A stretch of 61,729 nt of DNA. Origin: a virus. Shown here piece after piece: positions 1-6,766 of this stretch (position 1 is its first letter; the number at the start of each line of letters is the position of its first letter). The notes under the pieces were generated by a model. It was not told the DNA's origin. It saw only the letters and a list, made by a program, of their open reading frames with translations, and did no database searches. The DNA is taken from positions 1 to 61,729 of the IMG/VR virus record IMGVR_UViG_3300029821_000004; one strand, written 5' to 3'. Position numbers and translations under genes: made by a program.

Positions 1-127
1 TACCTTATATATTGCGGATAAAAGTTGAGAATCGGTCATTATTTTATCCTCCTTACCTTAATGTAGTCGGGACAATCTTTCTCTGTACACTCAAAATCAA
101 ACCCCCTCATTCGGAGGCGAGATATTG
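1..127. repeat. Terminal direct repeat copy 1 (identical to 61603..61729); circular-contig overlap
   Basis: Bases 1-127 read identically at 61603-61729. The start codon of ORF 61393..61641 lies inside the repeat and overlaps (TAATG) the stop of ORF 39..245, so the map closes into a 61602-bp circle. Confidence 0.9.
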
Positions 128-245
128 CGGTTCGTACAGATTGAGTCTTATAACTACTATGCTTTATTGAAGCCCAAGTATCACAAGGCAAGTCTCTTAA
201 AATTTTAGAGAGTGATTTTTGTCTTTTTATTTGTACAACTTCCAT
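39..245 (-). CDS. Hypothetical small basic protein
   Basis: 68-aa ORF. Its TAA stop overlaps the ATG of the next minus-strand gene across the circular junction. It is divergent from the HTH gene at 398. Confidence 0.5.
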   Translation of the reverse strand: MEVVQIKRQKSLSKILRDLPCDTWASIKHSSYKTQSVRTAISRLRMRGFDFECTEKDCPDYIKVRRIK

Positions 246-341
246 TTTTTTATTATAGCTTTACTGATAATTTCTGTTTTATACTCATTGTATATACTCA
301 GAATAAATACACAAAGAATAACGACACAAATATAAAGAAAT

Positions 342-374
342 AATCTTGATATAAACAAGAAAAAATCTTGATAT
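342..374. promoter_or_regulatory. Two AATCTTGATAT direct repeats (342-352, 364-374) in a divergent intergenic region; candidate operators
   Basis: An exact 11-mer repeated with 22-bp spacing between divergent genes 39..245 (-) and 398..649 (+). Confidence 0.35.
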
Positions 375-397
375 TTTTAAAAATATTTTTCAGAGCA

Positions 398-649
398 ATG
401 CAACAAACAGAAGCACAAAGGTTTATCCAAGAGGTGCAAAGGGTTATATCCCTCGGAAAAGAAAAAAGTATTGCCTCATTAGCTAAAAAGATAGGTAAAA
501 CATCACAGTATTTTACCGACTTAAAGTCTGGCAAAATGGCTCTTACTCGGTCAGTCCTTGACCAAGCTGCTGAAATTATAGAGATAGATAAAGAATATAT
601 CTTGATAGGGGAAAGAGTCATCTTCTCTCCTATGATGAGATTTAATTGA
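398..649 (+). CDS. XRE/Cro-like helix-turn-helix regulator (putative)
   Basis: ORF track 368..649, with the ATG at 398 chosen. KSIASLAKKIGKTSQYFTDLKSG looks like an HTH. It is the only plus-strand gene in this region. Confidence 0.5.
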   Translation: MQQTEAQRFIQEVQRVISLGKEKSIASLAKKIGKTSQYFTDLKSGKMALTRSVLDQAAEIIEIDKEYILIGERVIFSPMMRFN

Positions 650-667
650 TATACCTAGGTTGGCCAT

Positions 668-686
668 TTCGTACAGTTTTCGTACA
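668..686 (+). repeat. Direct repeat pair TTCGTACA (668-675, 679-686), 11-bp phasing
   Basis: Read directly. The same pairing recurs at 921-939 on the other side of the tRNA fragment. Confidence 0.6.
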
Positions 687-815
687 ACTATTTATTGTAA
701 ATGTATGTAAATTTACGATTAATTAGAACTTTATTTGACAAAATATTAAATAAAAAAGCGCACTAAAACTCTAAATTAAGTCTTAATGCGCTGAATTAAA
801 GGTTAGTCAACTTTG

Positions 816-862
816 AGCGGCAAATGAGATTCGAACTCACGGCCCTCAGCTTGGGAAGCTAA
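816..862 (-). other. 3' portion of a tRNA-Gly(CCC)-like sequence (anticodon arm, variable loop, T arm, 3' acceptor strand); candidate attP core
   Basis: The minus strand reads TTAGC-TTCCCAA-GCTGA GGGCC GTGAG-TTCGAAT-CTCAT TTGCCGC T. It has a 5-bp anticodon stem, a 7-nt loop with U33 and CCC, a canonical GTTCGAATC T-loop and an acceptor 3' strand. No matching 5' acceptor strand or D arm lies upstream. Confidence 0.55.
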
Positions 863-920
863 AGGCTAAATCACCCTAACTAATTAACAAATAAAGAACT
901 GAGAAAGGGTAAAAATCACT

Positions 921-939
921 TTCGTACATCTGCCGTACA
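921..939 (+). repeat. Direct repeat pair TTCGTACA / GCCGTACA (921-928, 932-939), 11-bp phasing
   Basis: Read directly, in the same orientation and phasing as 668-686. Confidence 0.6.
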
Positions 940-941
940 AC

Positions 942-1208
942 TTATTGTTTTTTCTGAGGTATTTTGGTGAAAGAAATACCCAGACCACAAGCACGAAGAT
1001 AGCGAATAAAAGTTGTCATTGTGTAATTCCGGGTTCCTTCTTCAATATCTATGATCACATTCTGAGAAATCTTTGTTGCCTTATGAAGATCGTACCTTTG
1101 AATATCCACTTGCTCCCGGAAATCTTTTAAAGAAAGGCCTATCAGTTTAAGATAAGCCTCCTCTTCGGTATGTCTCCCCCTACGGATTTTAAGTCTGTTT
1201 TTAGCCAT
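942..1208 (-). CDS. XRE-family helix-turn-helix transcriptional regulator
   Basis: DLHKATKISQNVIIDIEEGTRNYTMTTFIRYLRACGL matches the XRE HTH pattern (HTH, then iE.G, then a C-terminal helix). Confidence 0.65.
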   Translation of the reverse strand: MAKNRLKIRRGRHTEEEAYLKLIGLSLKDFREQVDIQRYDLHKATKISQNVIIDIEEGTRNYTMTTFIRYLRACGLGISFTKIPQKKQ

Positions 1209-1473
1209 TACCCTCCCTTAAAATATTATCCACAATCGTAGCTATTGCAGTAATAGGTAAATTGGTTAGTGAATCATTATACTTACCCCACCTTACCCAA
1301 ATAGTTTGATTATCGTCTTCCAAAAACCAGACCTCGCAAATGTGATAGTTAAGCTCTTTGCAGTATCGCTTATACTCTATACAAGGAGTTCCTTTATGTT
1401 GCAAGAAAGAAGTAACCTCTTTAATCATCTCGCTTAATAAGTCTGATGCCTTTTCTGTGTAGGTTGTTTTCAT
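1201..1473 (-). CDS. Hypothetical protein
   Basis: 90-aa ORF that overlaps the downstream gene by 8 nt, in an operon-like array. Confidence 0.5.
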   Translation of the reverse strand: MKTTYTEKASDLLSEMIKEVTSFLQHKGTPCIEYKRYCKELNYHICEVWFLEDDNQTIWVRWGKYNDSLTNLPITAIATIVDNILREGNG

Positions 1474-1479
1474 AGACCT

Positions 1480-1689
1480 TTAATTTGAGCGGTTAGAATG
1501 ATGTCCTGATGTCTGGTCTGCAAAGGTAGGCTGCTCTTCTACTTGAATAGGGCTGTGAAAATTAGACCCTGTGTAGCATACGTTCTTAGCGCTTGTAATA
1601 GCCTCTTTTTCGTCTCTTGCTTTCACGATAATGGTTGATTGCTCGTTGTTAGCTTTTGTGTAGCTGGCTTGATAGTGATTTGCTTTCAT
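1480..1689 (-). CDS. Hypothetical protein
   Basis: 69-aa ORF in the same tightly spaced minus-strand array. Confidence 0.45.
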   Translation of the reverse strand: MKANHYQASYTKANNEQSTIIVKARDEKEAITSAKNVCYTGSNFHSPIQVEEQPTFADQTSGHHSNRSN

Positions 1690-1703
1690 AATTTAATTAT
1701 TGA

Positions 1704-1949
1704 TTAATTAATATGATTTTTAAACGCCTCTAAGCACCATTTTTGATAATCTTCCTCGGCAACATTATACTGCTCGTCTCTATCAATATCTTCATTAGTG
1801 CGATTATCATAGTAATTAGAAGCAAGTTGTTTTACATTACTGGTCGCCTCTTCGGTAGCTTTGCCCTCAAAGGTGGGATACATATCTGCGTATGTTTTAA
1901 AATTATCATATGCTAAGTCTTTGATAATTCTCTCGATTTGTGTTTTCAT
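1704..1949 (-). CDS. Hypothetical small acidic protein
   Basis: 81-aa ORF rich in D/E/Y, at the start of an early-looking array. Confidence 0.5.
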   Translation of the reverse strand: MKTQIERIIKDLAYDNFKTYADMYPTFEGKATEEATSNVKQLASNYYDNRTNEDIDRDEQYNVAEEDYQKWCLEAFKNHIN

Positions 1950-1970
1950 AAGATTGATTTTAATGGTTGT

Positions 1971-2216
1971 TTAAAGGGTTTGAAAATAATCATTTGCAGT
2001 TTTCAATTCTTCGTCTGTTAGATTGTTTCCAAAATCCGCTATATCACAATCGTTAAATAGCCACCTGTAAAAATCTGGGTCACTCTGCGATTCTAATTCG
2101 CACCATTCTGCGATAGTGTGGGGTTTATCGGCAGGGTTCTGCTCATCCCATCTGCTGACAAATCTATTGTAGTTCTCATTCAGCACGTTTTCTGCGTAAG
2201 TTGCGATTGTTTTCAT
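1971..2216 (-). CDS. Hypothetical small acidic protein
   Basis: 81-aa ORF with about 17 D/E against 6 K/R by count. It is the first gene after the 445-bp non-coding region. Confidence 0.5.
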   Translation of the reverse strand: MKTIATYAENVLNENYNRFVSRWDEQNPADKPHTIAEWCELESQSDPDFYRWLFNDCDIADFGNNLTDEELKTANDYFQTL

Positions 2217-2420
2217 AATATTGTGGTTTTGGTTGTTTCCACAAACCTATGCAAAAAGATTGATTTCTACAATAGGTTGTAGAAAAATAGTTTAAAAATA
2301 TTATCTATGTTATTGATACTCAGGGAGAATAATTTTAAAGAGGGCTAAATAGGGTAAAAAACGGGAAAAATCGTAAAAATGTTACGAATCTCGTATATAT
2401 TTACTCAAATCGTAACAAAA

Positions 2421-2435
2421 TGACAACTTGTGTCA
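2421..2435. promoter_or_regulatory. Inverted repeat TGACA-N5-TGTCA in the 445-bp intergenic region
   Basis: tgacaacttgtgtca read directly. Related TTGACA..TGTCAA palindromes lie at 9769 and 32911. Confidence 0.3.
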
Positions 2436-2556
2436 ATTTTAGAGGGTAATTTCACTAATTGCTTAACTTATTCTAACCCTATTTGCTTATAATTCTCTAC
2501 TTCTGTCAGCGTAGAGTGTGTTGATTGTGGGCTAAACTATGTGGTTTTGGTAATAG

Positions 2557-2595
2557 ATTAAAAGAAAAAGGGGTTCAGCTTCACAGCCCACCCCC
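2557..2595 (-). terminator. Putative rho-independent terminator of the 9749->2662 operon
   Basis: The minus strand reads GGGGT..(imperfect inner stem GCT/AGC)..ACCCC followed by TTTTTCTTTT, 67 nt after the stop of ORF 2662..3027. Confidence 0.45.
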
Positions 2596-2661
2596 TAAAC
2601 AACCTTATGGTAAAATCAACGACACAAAGATAGAAAGGTTAATTTATAACGCCAAATGTGA

Positions 2662-3027
2662 TTAGCGATGCTTTTTCGCTATCACGCAACACTTAACTAT
2701 CCACTGTAACAAGTATTCGAATGGCTCGTGGATCACTATATCAGCACTTATTCGCTCAAAGACAAACTTTGCAGCGTGACACGCTTCGTGAGCCATATAT
2801 TCTGGTGTGGCAAGAGCCTTGTTTTTAAAGACTATTAACACTCCAAAATCATTACTACCCTTATCGTAAACCTCAAAAGTAGATGCTACCCTACAATCTT
2901 TAATATGCTCACGAAAAAGGGGACTATTATCTGTGTACGCTAATAATTCAGTCACCCTATCTGGGTTCGGTCTATACACTATCCATAATTTGAATGGATA
3001 TATGTCTTGGTCAAATCTATGTATCAT
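2662..3027 (-). CDS. Small HExxH (minimal zincin-like) protein
   Basis: 121 aa with YMAHEACHAAKF after three predicted beta strands. It is the last gene of the coupled operon, with a 4-nt overlap to the upstream gene. Confidence 0.5.
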   Translation of the reverse strand: MIHRFDQDIYPFKLWIVYRPNPDRVTELLAYTDNSPLFREHIKDCRVASTFEVYDKGSNDFGVLIVFKNKALATPEYMAHEACHAAKFVFERISADIVIHEPFEYLLQWIVKCCVIAKKHR

Positions 3028-4355
3028 CGTAGCTTATTTTGCATCTTATCGTCAATCTCGGTGTCCATATATGCTAAGTTTGTTCTTATATCAACCATCC
3101 CCCCGAAAGAGATTATAAAGTAACGGAAAGATAATTTACTTCTAAATAGTCTAAGGTTAGCAGAGTTTTCCTCGGTTTGAGCAGCGCATATCATCTGCCA
3201 ATCTAAAAGGTCATTACTCCCGAATATATAAGCCCCAAACGGAAGGAAAGGATAGATTTCACCCCTAAGAATAGCTCTATACACAGTTTTGAAGCCCTGA
3301 GAATTGAATATTTGCGGTCTGGTGTGCATATGTACGCAAATAACACGAGGATCTTGCCCTTCAAGTGGGGTTTCGTACTGACATTCCTCCGAAAGGTCAA
3401 CTAAGTCCACATTAGCTCCATTAGTCTGGAGTGCATATTTACCTTTGCCGGATGAAAAAGATGCTGAAATTTTATGCCATAATCCCGAATTAAGATTAAA
3501 CACATACGAAAAGTCGTGATTGATATTTGATACAACAAGCTCATTTTTGACTGAATCGTAAAGCAATTTTGCTCCGGAGAGGTAGTCTCGAAAGTCGATT
3601 GTCGAAAGAAGATTACTCACCTCGTACAACTCCTCATTAGAAGAAGCTAAAAGGAAGTTCTCATTCTCCTGAATAGAATCTAGGCGACCTTCTAAGATTT
3701 GAGATATGTTTTTACCTTGTCTCCCAACCATTATATTAACTGATTTATTTGAGATATAAGCTACCCCGTTTGAAGTCTGAACTGCTCCGGGAGAACAAAT
3801 ATCGTTTGAGATAGGAATTAAGTTAGAGTAAAGAACCTTACCAGATCCTTGTTCTAAAGCGAATATACCTCTATCCGTTAAAACGATCACCGGCCATTGT
3901 CCTGTTTGGGAGTCTGAAATCTGCTCAACCATAAGAGAAAGGTCGGTTACATTGCCGCCTATTCTATATGAAGTCTCCACCGGAAAGAAAAAGGGAACGG
4001 AATTTTCACTCACAATAACTACATTGCTCTCCCTATAACTTTTATTTTCAGTTATAGGAGAAAAAGCCTCGGTTAATATCACATCTTCCTTCTTCACCCA
4101 AAACGAATGGTTATACACATTTGAAGGAGTTAAATAGATTGTCGTATTATAAGATATCTCAGTAATCGACTCCTGATACTGAAAAATGATCTTATACGCC
4201 CTCGAATCGGGATAAGAAACAAAATCTCTTAACAAAAGTGTTCTCACCTCTCCGGTTATGTCAACTTCAAAAATCATCCTGCCTTTAACCATAAGGTCAT
4301 CCCCGGATGTTCTTAGATAAACTAAGATATCAAATAATTTCTCACTTACTGCCAT
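3024..4355 (-). CDS. Hypothetical protein, probably virion-associated
   Basis: 443-aa ORF coupled to its neighbours. No motif recognised. Confidence 0.6.
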   Translation of the reverse strand: MAVSEKLFDILVYLRTSGDDLMVKGRMIFEVDITGEVRTLLLRDFVSYPDSRAYKIIFQYQESITEISYNTTIYLTPSNVYNHSFWVKKEDVILTEAFSPITENKSYRESNVVIVSENSVPFFFPVETSYRIGGNVTDLSLMVEQISDSQTGQWPVIVLTDRGIFALEQGSGKVLYSNLIPISNDICSPGAVQTSNGVAYISNKSVNIMVGRQGKNISQILEGRLDSIQENENFLLASSNEELYEVSNLLSTIDFRDYLSGAKLLYDSVKNELVVSNINHDFSYVFNLNSGLWHKISASFSSGKGKYALQTNGANVDLVDLSEECQYETPLEGQDPRVICVHMHTRPQIFNSQGFKTVYRAILRGEIYPFLPFGAYIFGSNDLLDWQMICAAQTEENSANLRLFRSKLSFRYFIISFGGMVDIRTNLAYMDTEIDDKMQNKLR

Positions 4356-4926
4356 TGCCGCTCTGTATTAAATAATATATATATTCTCCTTCAATTTTCT
4401 TTAACTTAATCTCCATCGGTTTAAAATCTTCATCATAAATCTCATTATCTACTATCTGAAGAGCTTTAGGGTTGGTTATTCTGAGTTGTTTCAGTCTTTC
4501 CGGGTTAGGAATAGAAACTAACAAGGTACCGGTGCAATGGTCAGATATGTTTTTAATGAACTTCTTTTTATCCAAAATATGCTCTAGGCAATCAAAACAA
4601 CAGACTAAATCGAACTTACCTAAGTTTACCCCGGTAAAATCACCACTCATATAATTTATGTCGGTGTAGAGATTGTGCTCTTTAGCTGCTTTAATATTTT
4701 CAGTCGAGAGGTCAATAGCTGTAATATTGTGGGCGTATTTCCTCAGGTGTTCGCTTGTTATCCCGGTTCCGCACCCTATATCCAGACAATTATCAAGGTG
4801 TTTAGAAGAAAGCTGACTATCAATAAACGATAGCACTTTCGTTAATCGTGGGCTCTTTGCTTTAAAATACGACTGCAAATACTTAGATTTATTGTCGTAA
4901 AACTCTTTTACTTCGTCTATTTGCAT
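4342..4926 (-). CDS. Class I SAM-dependent methyltransferase
   Basis: Motif I LDIGCGTGITSEHL, acidic post-I residue (AIDLS), and later FDLVCCFDCLEHI. Confidence 0.75.
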   Translation of the reverse strand: MQIDEVKEFYDNKSKYLQSYFKAKSPRLTKVLSFIDSQLSSKHLDNCLDIGCGTGITSEHLRKYAHNITAIDLSTENIKAAKEHNLYTDINYMSGDFTGVNLGKFDLVCCFDCLEHILDKKKFIKNISDHCTGTLLVSIPNPERLKQLRITNPKALQIVDNEIYDEDFKPMEIKLKKIEGEYIYYLIQSGNGSK

Positions 4927-5663
4927 ATTCTTGCAATTAAATCATTACTCAAAAACTCTCTCATATCTTTAGAGACCTTCATATAATCTACATTTTTAGC
5001 CTCTTCTATCAACTCTAACACATTATCTTTATTCCAAGGTAGCGCATTAGGTGTATTTCCGTTCCAAAGTACTTTTCTACCCATTAATCCCATTTCGCAA
5101 ACAGTATTGGAAAGCCCATCGTGAGGGGTAAATCTTAATCCTACGAAACATTTTTTATAAATGTCGAATATCTCTTTCCGGGAGTAAGAGTGAAAATCAC
5201 ACTCAATAACCTTATAAGAGGCGTGTCTCTTCACCCAATTATTAAGATCACGACCATATAAAGGGGATTGCGACTTATAAACATAAATAGAATCACCCAG
5301 AGGACAAGGCTCTGCCTCTGTCTTAAAAGGAAGCACCGGAGCAGAGATGAACGGAATACCCCATTCTTTTAAGTCGTTTTCAATAAAAGAGCTTATTGCA
5401 ATATGAGTAATATGCTCTCCCCTGACTGAATCTATAAGGTGGGGGTTCTTTCTTAGCCACCTTATATCCCCACCGGTCCAACACAGATAAAGTTTAGCAT
5501 CGTGAAGCCTTGCTTGTTCAATCTGTTTTTCACCATAACAACCAAAGAAAAAAGCCTCACTCTCTTGATTAGTGTAAGGAAGAAAATCAATATCAGGGTA
5601 TTTCTCAATAAAACCCCTGCGAAAGTGCCCTCCGGCATTACAAGCTAATTGAATCTTTCTCAT
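4917..5663 (-). CDS. Putative GT-B-like glycosyltransferase (weak)
   Basis: HDGLSNTVCEMGLMGRKVLWNG resembles the GT4 E-x7-E region (EGFGLxxLEAMAxGxPVI). At 248 aa it is shorter than a typical GT-B. Confidence 0.35.
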   Translation of the reverse strand: MRKIQLACNAGGHFRRGFIEKYPDIDFLPYTNQESEAFFFGCYGEKQIEQARLHDAKLYLCWTGGDIRWLRKNPHLIDSVRGEHITHIAISSFIENDLKEWGIPFISAPVLPFKTEAEPCPLGDSIYVYKSQSPLYGRDLNNWVKRHASYKVIECDFHSYSRKEIFDIYKKCFVGLRFTPHDGLSNTVCEMGLMGRKVLWNGNTPNALPWNKDNVLELIEEAKNVDYMKVSKDMREFLSNDLIARICK

Positions 5664-6766
5664 TTCTGTTCTGAATAAATCTTTCGTATGATAGTAGCTA
5701 ACTCCATATTATTAGGAGTGTTCTTAAATATACTCTCAGGAATCTGAATCATTCTCTCTTTTCTCAGGTCAATGTTGAATTTTTGACACAAGTTGTCAAA
5801 AGTCATCACAAACTTACCCTTGTATTCTTCCCTTTTTTCCATTATGGGGCACTCAGAAAGCATCTGTCTAGCTTTAACTTTGGAGCCGGTATTAGGAAGG
5901 AAATTAGTCAATCGCTTATAATCTTCCACAAAAAGGGTTGCAGTAAGTAGCTTATTAAACTGAAAGTTCTCCTGCCTGAGTCCGTGAGTGCCTTTCTTTT
6001 TAAATATATGCCCGGTCTCTATATGTGGAGCCACCCTACAAGATCCTCCCATCATCCAACTTTTAATCGAGATATAAGGCTCTAGAGTTCCCCATTGTCT
6101 ATGTCCCCACCATCCGTCTATATATTCGTACCAACTCTTTTTAACCCCGTAAATAGCCCCTAGAACACAGGGAACTTCATAAGATCCTTCTTTGGTTGAG
6201 TCTCTTCCCAACCATTTAGCCTCTAAAATACTTTTATACCCAATAGGCTTACGAGGGTTGCTTTCGTGATCGTGAAAGGCTATAAAGGTTGCTCCGTGCC
6301 AATGGTTCTTAACTCTTCTCTTGGCAAAGTCCATATTATTTAACGGATTGTCCGGGTTCTTACAATTCTCCCCGGTACATTTACCATTTATAATATCCGC
6401 ATCACAACATTGAGACCTCATATTTAACCCTACACAAGTAGTACAAGTCCACGCTTTGGGGTGCATTTCAATCTCTTTAACCAGAAGTGAAGCCCAATTA
6501 TTCTTTACAAATCGAATATCACAAGCCATAATAATTAGGTTTTCACCTTTTGCCTGTTTAACCCCTGCATCAAAACTCTGTCCCACTCCTACATTAACAA
6601 GGTTACGAATGATAGTTACCCCCTCCAATGAAGGAAGGGGTTTATCACTACAATCGTCAACTACGATTATCTCGTGCTGAATATCTATCGTCTCTTTAAT
6701 CTGTTTGAGACAATCGGTAAGAACCTCTAAAGGCTCGTTGTGATAAGTTATTATTATGCTTGTCAT
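5660..6766 (-). CDS. GT-A glycosyltransferase resembling mucin-type polypeptide GalNAc-transferase catalytic domain (GT2/GT27-like)
   Basis: The N-terminus reads SIIITYHNEPLEVL...EIIVVDDCSD. Later, WGTLEPYISIKSWMMGGSCRVAPHIETGHIFKK aligns by eye with the Gal/GalNAc-T motif WGGENLEISFRxWxCGGxLEIxPCSxVGHVFR. Confidence 0.6.
   Translation of the reverse strand: MTSIIITYHNEPLEVLTDCLKQIKETIDIQHEIIVVDDCSDKPLPSLEGVTIIRNLVNVGVGQSFDAGVKQAKGENLIIMACDIRFVKNNWASLLVKEIEMHPKAWTCTTCVGLNMRSQCCDADIINGKCTGENCKNPDNPLNNMDFAKRRVKNHWHGATFIAFHDHESNPRKPIGYKSILEAKWLGRDSTKEGSYEVPCVLGAIYGVKKSWYEYIDGWWGHRQWGTLEPYISIKSWMMGGSCRVAPHIETGHIFKKKGTHGLRQENFQFNKLLTATLFVEDYKRLTNFLPNTGSKVKARQMLSECPIMEKREEYKGKFVMTFDNLCQKFNIDLRKERMIQIPESIFKNTPNNMELATIIRKIYSEQK

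Noticed and set aside
131-138. Fifth TTCGTACA copy as part of the repeat system around the tRNA fragment
   Set aside because: It lies inside the coding sequence of ORF 39..245. A single 8-mer match is expected by chance about once or twice in a genome this size.
298-621. 107-aa minus-strand ORF overlapping the HTH gene
   Set aside because: Its translation is hydrophobic and low in complexity. The plus-strand frame gives a credible HTH protein, so this is treated as a shadow ORF.
781-900. A complete tRNA gene on the minus strand
   Set aside because: Only the anticodon arm, variable loop, T arm and 3' acceptor strand are present (816-862). The sequence upstream in tRNA sense (gttaattagttagggtgatttagcc) cannot pair with TTGCCGC and forms no D arm. 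I therefore report a fragment and not a gene.
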